Counted from the first letter of the stretch, positions 19,520 to 28,471 are shown. The stretch: DNA of 32,000 nucleotides from Ignicoccus islandicus DSM 13165 (GCF_001481685.1 NZ_CP006867.1:30001-62000); one strand, 5' to 3'. The notes: a model not told the origin generated them from the sequence alone. A program made the numbers and translations.

Positions 19520-20821
19520 TTGATATGTAGGGAGATATGTTTTTCGGTAGAAGGTGAGGAAGTAGACTTAAGTAGTTTCGTGTCTTTCCTTCAAACAGTA
19601 GGGGAACGAAATAATTGTGAAGTTGAAATAATACTTAACTTAAAAACGTTCAAAATGAAAACTAAAGTCTGTTGTTTTAAAAGTAAAAAGTTGATAAAGA
19701 CTATAGAAATAAGAGCGCGTTCGCACCCAAATTTCAGACCCATTTCTTGTAAATCCAAAACTAGGAGTGAGGAACTCATTCCTCACTTTTTAAAATTACA
19801 TTTGCGAAGAAACCGAAATTTATGTATAGGGATAGATATACAAACGTCATCGCCTTTCTGCTTAAACTCAAGCGACCTCAAACGCCACGTATTGGTTGTC
19901 GGATCCAGTGGCTCAGGTAAGAGTACTACTATTAAGAAAATAGTGAGCGAGCTATCGAACAACTTCTTAATTTTCGATTGGCACGGGGAGTACGATTTGG
20001 TTCATCGCAAGGTTAATTGTATTGATTTAAATGAGTTGTCGAAGTTGAAGGTTCACGAACTAATGGACTTGTTTTCAATAGCTTTAGACCTCAGCGACGC
20101 TCAGTACTACGTGCTCTTCAAAGTCGTTCAAGTCCTATATAAAACTAGAGAGAGGTTCGGGTTAATAGATCTCATAGCTCAAATACATTCATTTGAAGAG
20201 ACCAGTAGGTGGATAAAGGAGACGAAGCATTCCATATTGAGAAAACTCGAGATGTTAAGACACGAGAGGTGTAGGGAAGGTGTAAAACTAGACGAAATAC
20301 TAGACCTAGTTTCTAAAGGTCTAATAGTTAATTTAGAAGAGTACAGTGAATACGCCAAGAGGTTCCTAACTGGTTTGGTTCTCTCTTATGTATTTAGTGA
20401 ATTATCTAAAAGGAAAATTCGAAAGGACGTGTACGTCGTTATAGAGGAAGCGCAAAACGTTGCATCAACGTCAAATTCGTATTCAATTATTGATAAAATT
20501 TTTCAAGAGGGAAGGAAGTACGGATTACACATTATAGCAGTAACTCAATCTCCCCGGAACTTAAACGAGGCTGTAGTAAAGAATACCATGCTCAAGATAA
20601 TTCACAAAATGAACGAAGTTAGTGATGCAAAGTACATCGCTGAGAGTATAGGTAGACCGGAGCTGTGGAAAGACGTTATCTCGCTAAGAACGGGGGAGGC
20701 AATAGTTAGCTCTGGATCTTACGTTGTGAGAGTTTTCGTTACTCTAAGGGACAGAGCCGGAAGAAGTCTTCCCACTCCTCATCTGGATGGGGACTACAAG
20801 GACTTTTCAAACATTTTATAA
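19520..20821 (+). CDS. HerA/DUF87-like P-loop ATPase
   Basis: HVLVVGSSGSGKSTTIKKIVSEL (Walker A), FLIFDWHGEYDLV, KDVYVVIEEAQNV (Walker B), GRKYGLHIIAVTQSPRNL. Confidence 0.85.
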   Translation: MICREICFSVEGEEVDLSSFVSFLQTVGERNNCEVEIILNLKTFKMKTKVCCFKSKKLIKTIEIRARSHPNFRPISCKSKTRSEELIPHFLKLHLRRNRNLCIGIDIQTSSPFCLNSSDLKRHVLVVGSSGSGKSTTIKKIVSELSNNFLIFDWHGEYDLVHRKVNCIDLNELSKLKVHELMDLFSIALDLSDAQYYVLFKVVQVLYKTRERFGLIDLIAQIHSFEETSRWIKETKHSILRKLEMLRHERCREGVKLDEILDLVSKGLIVNLEEYSEYAKRFLTGLVLSYVFSELSKRKIRKDVYVVIEEAQNVASTSNSYSIIDKIFQEGRKYGLHIIAVTQSPRNLNEAVVKNTMLKIIHKMNEVSDAKYIAESIGRPELWKDVISLRTGEAIVSSGSYVVRVFVTLRDRAGRSLPTPHLDGDYKDFSNIL

Positions 20822-21293
20822 TTGAAATGGCTTCCTTTAACGTACTTTCTAAGCTCCTACTCGTATCTAAGCAACTAACTTTTCCATTGTATTCTTCAAG
20901 CAATATCTGGAAGTATGAACCAACGAGTTCCGCTTCCAAGTTATCACATATTTTCTTTCTGCAATATCCTTTGCTACTCATTCTTTCGTATAGAATTTTT
21001 ACTGGTGCGTAGAGGTATATTACTTTTTTAACCTTTTCCGGAGGGACGAAATCAACTACTACGCCCTCTATTATCCAACAACCATCCAGTTTCCTAACGT
21101 ATTCCTCTAACTTATCCATATCTACTACATAGAGAGGATCGCCACATGAGTCTCTCTCGATTTCTACATAAAACTTCTTATCTTTTATTAAATCCGTTAC
21201 GTGAAGCACTTTGCAATCGATTTCTTTCGCAATTGCCTCTGAGAGAGTGGATTTCCCGCTTCCAGGTATTCCCGTAACGAGTATGAAACTCAA
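20739..21293 (-). CDS. AK6/Fap7-like adenylate kinase family NTPase
   Basis: MSFILVTGIPGSGKSTLSEAIAKEI, YVVDMDKLEEYVRKLDGCWIIEGVVVD; archaeal AK6-like length. Confidence 0.8.
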   Translation of the reverse strand: MSFILVTGIPGSGKSTLSEAIAKEIDCKVLHVTDLIKDKKFYVEIERDSCGDPLYVVDMDKLEEYVRKLDGCWIIEGVVVDFVPPEKVKKVIYLYAPVKILYERMSSKGYCRKKICDNLEAELVGSYFQILLEEYNGKVSCLDTSRSLESTLKEAISIIKCLKSPCSPHPDEEWEDFFRLCPLE

Positions 21294-21370
21294 CAGACGC
21301 TCACGTTGTAGGATTGAGGACGTTCACTCATAAAGCGTTCGTAAGAGCCTTAGCAATTCGGTAATCTAAT

Positions 21371-22210
21371 GTGTTATTTGGATATTCGATAATTCCAAAG
21401 GATACGAAAGAAGTAGAGAAGATAGCAAAGGAGATCAAGGAAGGGGGCTTCAATTACTTAGAAATTAGCCTAGATTATCCAATACCTACTAAGAACGAAT
21501 TTTTAAATGAAGTAATATCGAATATAAAGAATGAAGGCTTGAAGTTCTCGTTTCACGCCCCATGGAGAGGCATAGACTTAGCATCTCCATGGGAGCCATT
21601 GCGAAAGGGCGCTGTAAAGGTAATTGAGAACATCTTAGATATAGCTAGCAGACTCGAAGGTATGTATGTAGTTATTCATTTGACTACCTCTGAAAGGTTA
21701 AGTGACGCTAAGGACGAAATAGTAAATGCGGCAATTGAGTCTGTGAAGGAACTATTGGATGCGGCTAAGAGACTGGGCATAGATTTCTATATAGAAAACG
21801 TGGGAAAGCTCGGTCATCCCGACATCCTCGGACATATAATGGATGAAACTAATGCTGAGTTCTGTTTAGATATAGTTCATGCAATAGTTGATTTCTCTAA
21901 GCGTCATAAAATAGACCTAGAGAGAGTAGACGTGGATGACGTCCTAGAAACGTGGAAGAACTCCATAGGATCTAACGTTAAGTGTATGCATATTCACGGC
22001 TATACTCTCGACGAAGGAAGATTGAGGATTCACACTGGTCTTACTTATCCCATTACTAAGAGGGTTGCCGCGAAGTACATTACCTTATTTGAACCTCAGT
22101 ACGTAACGCTCGAAGTATTCCATTCACCTAACGGACCAGCCTCTCCGCGATTCGTTGCTAAGGAGCTAGAAGAGATAAAGGGGTGGATGAAGGTATATAA
22201 GCGAACTTAG
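21371..22210 (+). CDS. Xylose-isomerase-like TIM barrel / AP endonuclease family 2 protein
   Basis: GFNYLEISLDYPIPTKNEFL, LKFSFHAPWRGIDLASPWEPLR, FYIENVGKLG, FCLDIVHAIV, MHIHGYTLDEGRLRIHTG. Confidence 0.85.
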   Translation: MLFGYSIIPKDTKEVEKIAKEIKEGGFNYLEISLDYPIPTKNEFLNEVISNIKNEGLKFSFHAPWRGIDLASPWEPLRKGAVKVIENILDIASRLEGMYVVIHLTTSERLSDAKDEIVNAAIESVKELLDAAKRLGIDFYIENVGKLGHPDILGHIMDETNAEFCLDIVHAIVDFSKRHKIDLERVDVDDVLETWKNSIGSNVKCMHIHGYTLDEGRLRIHTGLTYPITKRVAAKYITLFEPQYVTLEVFHSPNGPASPRFVAKELEEIKGWMKVYKRT

Positions 22211-22275
22211 GAATCTCGCTCCGTATCTGAGTTACCGTTTCTTTAAAAATACGAATCGCTAATCGGATTCTTGAT

Positions 22276-22283
22276 CTTTATAA
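22276..22283 (+). promoter_or_regulatory. Candidate TATA box for the C/D sRNA gene
   Basis: CTTTATAA-type sequence in gatctttataatgag, about 35-40 nt upstream of the predicted terminal stem; no matching ORF downstream on + strand. Confidence 0.4.
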
Positions 22284-22315
22284 TGAGAATGTTGGAAGTG
22301 TGCGTTATGGAATGA

Positions 22316-22388
22316 GGCGACGGGGAAATTATGAGACTCGATTATGCTGAGACGTGATGAAGGAACCGCGGACTGATCCCCCGTCGCT
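22316..22388 (+). ncRNA. Candidate C/D-box sRNA
   Basis: C box attatga (22328-22334, one mismatch to RTGATGA); 12-nt guide gactcgattatg; D' ctga (22347-22350); spacer gac; C' gtgatga (22354-22360, perfect); 12-nt guide aggaaccgcgga; D ctga (22373-22376); flanking stem gcgacgggg/ccccgtcgc (22317-22325 with 22379-22387). Confidence 0.75.
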
Positions 22389-22416
22389 CCGTGATAATTT
22401 CACTTGAGGCCGAAAA

Positions 22417-22959
22417 TTAAAGCTTTATAGGTAGCTTTGGGAGCCTTATGCCCCTCTGTCCTTGGTAGCGACCTCTAACTGAGTAGTCCCTTAACACCGG
22501 TGAATCGGTTCTCAAGAAGACCAAGTGGATGAACGGAACGCCAGGTTTCACTCTAACCGGAAAGGAACTGCCAATTACCTCAATCACTATTTCGCCCTTG
22601 AAGCCAGCGTCCACTACGGTAGGTGGAATGTACAGTCCGAGTCTAGCGAAACTGCTCTTCAAGTTAACTAAACCTACCAAGTCGGGAGGCATTTCCACGT
22701 ACTCCCTCGTGTGTAGCAAGACGTGTTCGTATGGCTCAATGACCATTCCTTCGTCGTCCATAATCCCTATCTGATAGTACTTCAATAAGTCAGTCTCCTC
22801 TGTTACGTCTAGCACGTCTTCCGTTCTCTTGAACCTAGCGTACTGATTGCCTATGGTTAGATCGACCCCGTTCTCCCTTATCTGAGCTTCCGTGAAAGGT
22901 TCGATTCTCATTAAACCTCTCTTTAAATACGATTTGATGCCTCCATCCGAGAGGATCAA
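22417..22959 (-). CDS. dcd: dCTP deaminase / dUTPase-like protein
   Basis: LKSSFARLGLYIPPTVVDAGFKGEIVIEV...RDYSVRGRYQGQRGIRLP. The ORF extends to 23001; the TTG at 22959 (ILSDGGIKSYL) is the expected start. Confidence 0.9.
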   Translation of the reverse strand: MILSDGGIKSYLKRGLMRIEPFTEAQIRENGVDLTIGNQYARFKRTEDVLDVTEETDLLKYYQIGIMDDEGMVIEPYEHVLLHTREYVEMPPDLVGLVNLKSSFARLGLYIPPTVVDAGFKGEIVIEVIGSSFPVRVKPGVPFIHLVFLRTDSPVLRDYSVRGRYQGQRGIRLPKLPIKL

Positions 22960-23025
22960 TTCCTTATTACACCGATTGAAGATAGAAACGAGTGAGCACA
23001 AAAACAGGATAACGAAGAGTAAACG

Positions 23026-23613
23026 TTACTTATGAGGGAAATAGTAGCTCGTTAGGATTAGTCTCGAAATCGACTTACCAACTATCCTTTGCGTTGCTCC
23101 TGAACTCATGTAGACGTCTAATTCTACGTCGGATTCTTTTACTAATAAGAGCTTTTTATCAAGGACAGTTTTTCCTTTAATTATAATAATCATGTTTCTC
23201 TCTGGGATTTGTTGGGTTTGATTTAGATAGATTACACAAGTATCGTTCTTACATTCCGAGGGGAAGCTCGAGAGCGTTTGGTTTAACTTCTCTTCAGTCA
23301 ACATTGGCAAGCTTACGTTCCTATCGTTCAAGTTTACGGTGATGGTTCTATCTATCTCTTGGGTACTCGTTTTAGCACCAACCAATGTTACGTTCCCGTA
23401 CATCCTTATTTTTAACTCGCTCGATGAGAGTACGTCCACCACTTCAATTGTTATATTAGAGTAGAGTGCTTTCCCTCTTAGAGCTAAGAGTCCGCTATTC
23501 TTTACTTCTTGATAATAAGAAACTTTGAAGCCCTTTACCATCCAAGGCGCGGTAGCCGCTAGAACGGAAGGGATTAATGAGAACGCAATTATTGCTAATA
23601 CCCTTTTCTCCAA
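23026..23613 (-). CDS. Putative secreted protein of unknown function
   Basis: N-terminal signal-peptide-like MEKRVLAIIAFSLIPSVLAATAP, several N-x-S/T sequons, one Cys pair; no family recognised. Confidence 0.6.
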   Translation of the reverse strand: MEKRVLAIIAFSLIPSVLAATAPWMVKGFKVSYYQEVKNSGLLALRGKALYSNITIEVVDVLSSSELKIRMYGNVTLVGAKTSTQEIDRTITVNLNDRNVSLPMLTEEKLNQTLSSFPSECKNDTCVIYLNQTQQIPERNMIIIIKGKTVLDKKLLLVKESDVELDVYMSSGATQRIVGKSISRLILTSYYFPHK

Positions 23614-23716
23614 AGCCTCATCTCCTAGGCGTTACTACGTGCGGGATTCATATTTCCTTTCCTCACATGCCATTCTAATTAACTGGTAACGCTCTCAGAA
23701 TATCTGGAGGTAAGTT

Positions 23717-24136
23717 ATGATAAGAAGGAGAAGGAAGATCCCACTTACTGTCGATGATATTATGACAACACCTCCATTAGTAGTTTCGCCCGATGAAAAC
23801 GTAGTTAAAGTTGCTAAGAAAATGTTAGAACACGAATACGGTTCGGCTCTAGTAACCGAAGAGGACAAGTTGGTCGGAATAATAACGGAGCACGACCTAC
23901 TCTATGCGTTAAGTGAAGGAGAGAACGGAATTAAGCTGAAGGCACGAGACATTATGACCGAAGATCCTATAACTGTGAAAACGAAGACTGATATAATGGA
24001 AGCAATAAGAGTAATGAAAGACGCTAACGTTAGGCATTTACCAGTCGTTGATGAAAGGGGGAGACCAGTGGGAGTGGTAGCCTTTAGGGACATTCTAGAA
24101 AGCCTATTGCTCCTAATACATTTCTTCTACTGTTAA
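23717..24136 (+). CDS. CBS-domain protein (two CBS motifs)
   Basis: GSALVTEEDKLVGIITEHDLLYAL and VRHLPVVDERGRPVGVVAFRDILESL. Confidence 0.92.
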   Translation: MIRRRRKIPLTVDDIMTTPPLVVSPDENVVKVAKKMLEHEYGSALVTEEDKLVGIITEHDLLYALSEGENGIKLKARDIMTEDPITVKTKTDIMEAIRVMKDANVRHLPVVDERGRPVGVVAFRDILESLLLLIHFFYC

Positions 24137-24279
24137 ACTACAACTTATCAACGAGTTCCTTCGTGGGTTTAATATGGAACAGGTGGTGAAAGTTAAAGCT
24201 CGGTAAACTGAAAGCGTGGATATTACCTTCGGACGTTTTCGTCGTAGTATATGATAAAATAAGAAAAAGAGAAGGAGAA

Positions 24280-24660
24280 ATGCTAGCGGCAGTCGTTCTC
24301 TACGAGACAGGTAAGGAAATGGGTGCGAGAATAGCTAGGAACTCTTACGAGAGAGTTATGGATCCTGAGGAAGCGATTAGAGAGGTACCTAAAATACTTG
24401 CATGGATAGGCATTGATTCCCTTCAAAAGGGCAACGAAATTTACGTTATGGACGCAGTAGGTCTCGCAACTTCGGATGAGGAAGGCGTATGTCACTTCGA
24501 GAGGGGACTGGTTGCCGGAATAATGAGTGGATTAACTAGAGCTCCCTGGGAGGGAATTGGTAGACTGGAAGAGGACGGGTGCGTGATTAAGTTAAGGATA
24601 GGTGGCTTAACCGAGAAGGAGGCAAAGGGACTTGAAGAGAGATTGCGAAATAGGGTTTAG
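24280..24660 (+). CDS. V4R-domain-like protein (5' end uncertain)
   Basis: MLAAVVLYETGKEMGARIARNSYERV...CHFERGLVAGIMSGLTR resembles V4R-type small-ligand domains; the frame stays open back to the TGA at 24187. Confidence 0.55.
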   Translation: MLAAVVLYETGKEMGARIARNSYERVMDPEEAIREVPKILAWIGIDSLQKGNEIYVMDAVGLATSDEEGVCHFERGLVAGIMSGLTRAPWEGIGRLEEDGCVIKLRIGGLTEKEAKGLEERLRNRV

Positions 24661-25852
24661 AGGGATCGCTTACCTTGAAAACGAATGGAGAAAAGTAACT
24701 ATCTTATCTGATGGCGATAAGTTAGACGTAAGGAGCTATGGCGATTCGTGTCCATGCGAAATATGTATTGAAGGCGATGATTTGTACCTAATTCCCGGCG
24801 CTATCGATATACACGTACACGTGAGGGACTGGCAGCTTTCATATAAGGAAACGATAGAGAGCGCGACCAGAGCTGCCCTTAAAGGAGGGATCATAGCAAT
24901 TGCTGACATGCCCAACACTCAGCCGGAAGTTAACTCCGAAGAGTTAGTGATGAAAAGAATAGAAGACTTCACTAAGCGTTCGTATACAGATTTCGCAATA
25001 TATTCCGGAGTCCCTAGCAACGAAGAGGAAGTGAGGAGAATAGCCAAGTTACCAATCTTAGGATTCAAGGTATATCCAAAGGATTACCCAAGAGCGAAGG
25101 CATTGAAAAATACGAACGCGTTCGTGATCGTTCACCCCGAGGACCCAATATACGTTAAGGAGTCCCCCGTTCCCGGTGATAGAGACTTCACTAGGAATCC
25201 TTATGCGGAGATATCTGCTATTGAGTTATTCAAGGACTTCCCCCGAGTACATTTCACGCACGTAACCCTTCCCGAGTCTGTAGATAAATTGAGAAAGCTA
25301 GGATCCACCTTCGATTCGACGCCTCATCACTTGTTACTAAGTTCTACCGATGAAAGGATCAAAGGTTGTTTGGCTAAGGTCAACCCACCGTTGCGTGATT
25401 ACCGTAAAGTTAGGAAGCTACGAGAAGCCTTCCGTTCCAACCCTTGGATTGTTGCTACCGATCACGCTCCTCACGCACTATGGGAAAAGAAATTAAGTTT
25501 CACTGAGTGTCCTCCAGGTATTGCCAGTTTGGACATATCGCTACCTCTAATAGCTTCCAAGTTTTCCTTGGAACACGCAATAAAGGCCTACTCGGAGCTC
25601 CCAGCTAAGTTATTGGGCTTATGGCCTAAGTTAGGTGTGATAAGGAAGGGCGCGCAAGCGTCCTTCACGATTTTGCGCAAGGAGAGTTCAGTAGTTAATT
25701 GCGAAACGTTCGAAAGCAAGGCCAAATTCGGACCTTACTGCGGTTTCGCTTTGAAGTATACTGTTTACGCCACTGTAATTAGGGGTTCGCTTAGGTATTA
25801 TTATGGAAGTTTTATGAAGAAAGACGTCTCGAACCTTCCGGGATACAGTTGA
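24632..25852 (+). CDS. pyrC: Dihydroorotase
   Basis: PGAIDIHVHVRDWQLSYKETI, ADMPNTQP, ILGFKVYPKD, DSTPHHLLL, KVNPPLR, ATDHAPH, CPPGIAS. Confidence 0.93.
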   Translation: MKRDCEIGFRGIAYLENEWRKVTILSDGDKLDVRSYGDSCPCEICIEGDDLYLIPGAIDIHVHVRDWQLSYKETIESATRAALKGGIIAIADMPNTQPEVNSEELVMKRIEDFTKRSYTDFAIYSGVPSNEEEVRRIAKLPILGFKVYPKDYPRAKALKNTNAFVIVHPEDPIYVKESPVPGDRDFTRNPYAEISAIELFKDFPRVHFTHVTLPESVDKLRKLGSTFDSTPHHLLLSSTDERIKGCLAKVNPPLRDYRKVRKLREAFRSNPWIVATDHAPHALWEKKLSFTECPPGIASLDISLPLIASKFSLEHAIKAYSELPAKLLGLWPKLGVIRKGAQASFTILRKESSVVNCETFESKAKFGPYCGFALKYTVYATVIRGSLRYYYGSFMKKDVSNLPGYS

Positions 25853-26616
25853 AGGTATTCTATATCCCTTCAATGATATTGATAGCGTACGTAGTAGTAC
25901 CTTTAATAACTTTATTTGCTAACGTAAACCCAAGTAGCTTCGAAGAGGTCTTTAGTAATGAGTACCTAAGCAAGACTCTAAACGAGTCTATACGTACTAC
26001 CCTAGTGGCTTCGGGAATCTCGGTCGTAATTCTCATATTGCTTGGAACACCCTTAGCGTACTTCTTGGCCCGCTCGCGCAGTAAGTTAAAAAACGTACTT
26101 CAATCTATTATTGATCTACCAATGGCGCTACCTCACAGCGTTATAGGAATTATGCTGCTACTGGCGTTCCAAGGAACTCCCCTCGGTTATTTACTTAGGG
26201 AAATTGGTATAACTATTATAGATAATATATACGGTACCATAGCAGTAATGGTGTTCGTGGGTTTACCTTTTTACGTCAATGGGCTCAGGAACGGTATAGA
26301 AGACATACCGGAGTCCTTGGAAATAGTAGCCAGGTCCTTAGGCGCTAATCCTTACCAAACGTTCATTAAAATAACGTTACCTCTTTCAAAAAGGAGCATA
26401 ATGGTTGCCTCCTTACTGGCATGGGCTCGTGGAATTAGCGAGATAGGCGCCCTCTTAATTCTAGCTTATAATCCAATGACCCTAAGCGTGCTTGTTTACG
26501 AATGGTACAAAACCTTGGGATTGGAGTACGCGCTGACAGCTTCAACAATATTGGCTATAATTACAATAATACTCTTCCTCGTCGTTCAACAACTCCGGAG
26601 CAAGGGAAATGATTGA
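25849..26616 (+). CDS. wtpB: ABC transporter permease, tungstate/molybdate type
   Basis: MALPHSVIGIMLLLAF, GLPFYVNGLRNGIEDIPESLEIVARSLGANPYQTFIKITLPLSKRSIMVASLLAWARGISEIGALLILAYNP (EAA loop). Substrate class is inferred. Confidence 0.85.
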   Translation: MKVFYIPSMILIAYVVVPLITLFANVNPSSFEEVFSNEYLSKTLNESIRTTLVASGISVVILILLGTPLAYFLARSRSKLKNVLQSIIDLPMALPHSVIGIMLLLAFQGTPLGYLLREIGITIIDNIYGTIAVMVFVGLPFYVNGLRNGIEDIPESLEIVARSLGANPYQTFIKITLPLSKRSIMVASLLAWARGISEIGALLILAYNPMTLSVLVYEWYKTLGLEYALTASTILAIITIILFLVVQQLRSKGND

Positions 26617-27337
26617 GATAAAGGGGCTAGTTGTCGAAGTTGAGGGTTTTCGCGTCGAGGTTGATCAAGTTAATCTAAGTGATAAGGACTACGTAGTAAT
26701 TATGGGAGCGTCCGGGAGCGGTAAGAGTCTATTAATAGAAGCTATAGCAGGCTTCAGGAAGGTTGCAAAGGGTTCCATAAAGATAAATGGAATAGACGTA
26801 ACGTCGTTGCCTCCCGAGAAAAGGGGTATTTCCGTACTCCCCCAAGACCTAGCGCTATGGCCTCATATGACAGTATATGAGAATATAGCCTTTCCCTTGA
26901 GGGTAAGGGGAATTCCTGAGGTCGAAGTGAAAGAGAAGGTGTCTGAGTTAGCAAAGGAGCTATCCATATCACACTTACTCACTAAGAAGCCACATCAGCT
27001 ATCTGGCGGCGAGGCTCAAAGGGTCGCGTTAGCTAGAGCTCTAATAATTAAACCCAAGCTTTTGTTGTTAGACGAGCCCACGTCCTCGTTGGACCCGCGT
27101 ACGCGTGGAAGAGCGATAGAGTTAATTAAAAGGGAAGTGAAAGGAAAACTTCCAGTTATACATATATCACACAATCTAATTGAAGCAATGGAACTTGCAG
27201 ATAAAGTAGCTCTAATGGTTGAAGGAAAACTCTTAGAGCCTTTACCTCTAGAGAAGGCCTTGAGGGAATATCTAGAGGCGCATTTCGAGGAAATAAGGAA
27301 ATTAAATGAGGTAATATCGAAATTAGAGCATTCTTAA
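26609..27337 (+). CDS. wtpC: ABC transporter ATPase, tungstate/molybdate type
   Basis: MGASGSGKSLLIEAIAG (Walker A), LSGGEAQRVALARAL (signature), LLLLDEPTSSLDPRTR; adjacent to the permease with an 8-nt overlap. Confidence 0.88.
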   Translation: MIEIKGLVVEVEGFRVEVDQVNLSDKDYVVIMGASGSGKSLLIEAIAGFRKVAKGSIKINGIDVTSLPPEKRGISVLPQDLALWPHMTVYENIAFPLRVRGIPEVEVKEKVSELAKELSISHLLTKKPHQLSGGEAQRVALARALIIKPKLLLLDEPTSSLDPRTRGRAIELIKREVKGKLPVIHISHNLIEAMELADKVALMVEGKLLEPLPLEKALREYLEAHFEEIRKLNEVISKLEHS

Positions 27338-27796
27338 CAATAACTCGTTAATCTTCTCTCCTCTGTAGCCGGCTTCGCCGCCAGCTCCGTAGGGCTTCTT
27401 GGTACTACCTCTGAAACCTCCTCTAGGAGGATGGAGCCTGAAGACTGGTTTTATAACGTCTTGTTTATGGAGTAATACTTCGCCACTTAGTATCTTTTCA
27501 GCTAGTTCTTCGTAACTGTTAACATTGAACTTCTCTTTTAGTACATCTAAGGTAAGTCTCTTATTTCCTGGTAGTCTACCTCTCTTCTCCAAAAGTTGCG
27601 CTAACGTTTCCTTGTTTATTTCGCCCCAAGTTATCCATGCTTGCGCTTTCCTTAACATGCCTTCTAGTCCCGGTAAGTCCTTTGGATAAATTACGGCGTG
27701 ATACCTTTTGTGCAACCTTAGGTTTTCTAAGGTCTTCTCGACGTCCGGTGGGACGTCTGGTTGACCTTTAATTCTTATTATAACGTAGGCACTCAT
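27323..27796 (-). CDS. rpl30: Ribosomal protein uL30
   Basis: MSAYVIIRIKGQPDVPPDVEKTLENLRLHKRYHAVIYP. The track ORF extends to 27832; the Met at 27796 is the expected start. Confidence 0.92.
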   Translation of the reverse strand: MSAYVIIRIKGQPDVPPDVEKTLENLRLHKRYHAVIYPKDLPGLEGMLRKAQAWITWGEINKETLAQLLEKRGRLPGNKRLTLDVLKEKFNVNSYEELAEKILSGEVLLHKQDVIKPVFRLHPPRGGFRGSTKKPYGAGGEAGYRGEKINELLLRML

Positions 27797-27801
27797 GTCC
27801 T

Positions 27802-28455
27802 TCACCCTTCTTGCGGCTGCGTCCAGTCCCAAGGTGCCAAGAACCTATAGGTCTGTTTTAAGGCCTCAAGCGTGGCTTTGGCGAAGTTGTGTGTAGTCCT
27901 CGTCTCTCCTTCAGTATGGGTCCATACGTCCTTAAGACCAGCGTATTTTAGAACTGTTCTGGCTACATCGCCTGCGACCAATCCGGTTCCTCTTGGTGCT
28001 GGTTTCAAGGTGATTCTAACGCTGCCACTCTTTCCGTGTACTGTAAAGGGTACGCTGTGCGGTTCACCACACGTACATTCCCAGCTTCCGCAGCCTCTCC
28101 TTACGGGGATTATGTTGAGTTTCGCGTTAGTGAGGGCCTTCTGAATTGCAAACCTCATTTGCCTCGCTTTGCCCATTCCAAGCCCAACTAGACCGTTTTC
28201 ATTGCCTACTACTATTAGTACTCTCAACCTAGTAATTCTTCCAGCATCCGTTACCTTCTGTACTAGGCTTACGTCCAATACTTCATGTTTGAGATCAGGG
28301 ACAAGGAAGTCGACTATCTCCGGTTCCAGTATTGGTAGGTTTTTCTCGAATATCTCGTAGATGCTAGTTATCTTCCCTTCCTTTACCATTTTACCTACTC
28401 GGGTCTTCGGTACCCAAGTTTCCAAGCTTTCGGTTTGGTCCACTCGGACGCTCAT
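27802..28455 (-). CDS. rps5: Ribosomal protein uS5
   Basis: [61 protein letters not shown]...[31 protein letters not shown]. Confidence 0.97.
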   Translation of the reverse strand: MSVRVDQTESLETWVPKTRVGKMVKEGKITSIYEIFEKNLPILEPEIVDFLVPDLKHEVLDVSLVQKVTDAGRITRLRVLIVVGNENGLVGLGMGKARQMRFAIQKALTNAKLNIIPVRRGCGSWECTCGEPHSVPFTVHGKSGSVRITLKPAPRGTGLVAGDVARTVLKYAGLKDVWTHTEGETRTTHNFAKATLEALKQTYRFLAPWDWTQPQEG

Positions 28456-28471
28456 TTCCGACCCCCTCCCT

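Noticed and set aside
27802-27832. Apparent 31-nt overlap between uS5 and uL30.
   Set aside because: It disappears if uL30 starts at the internal Met (MSAYVIIRIKG, 27796), which matches the family N-terminus.
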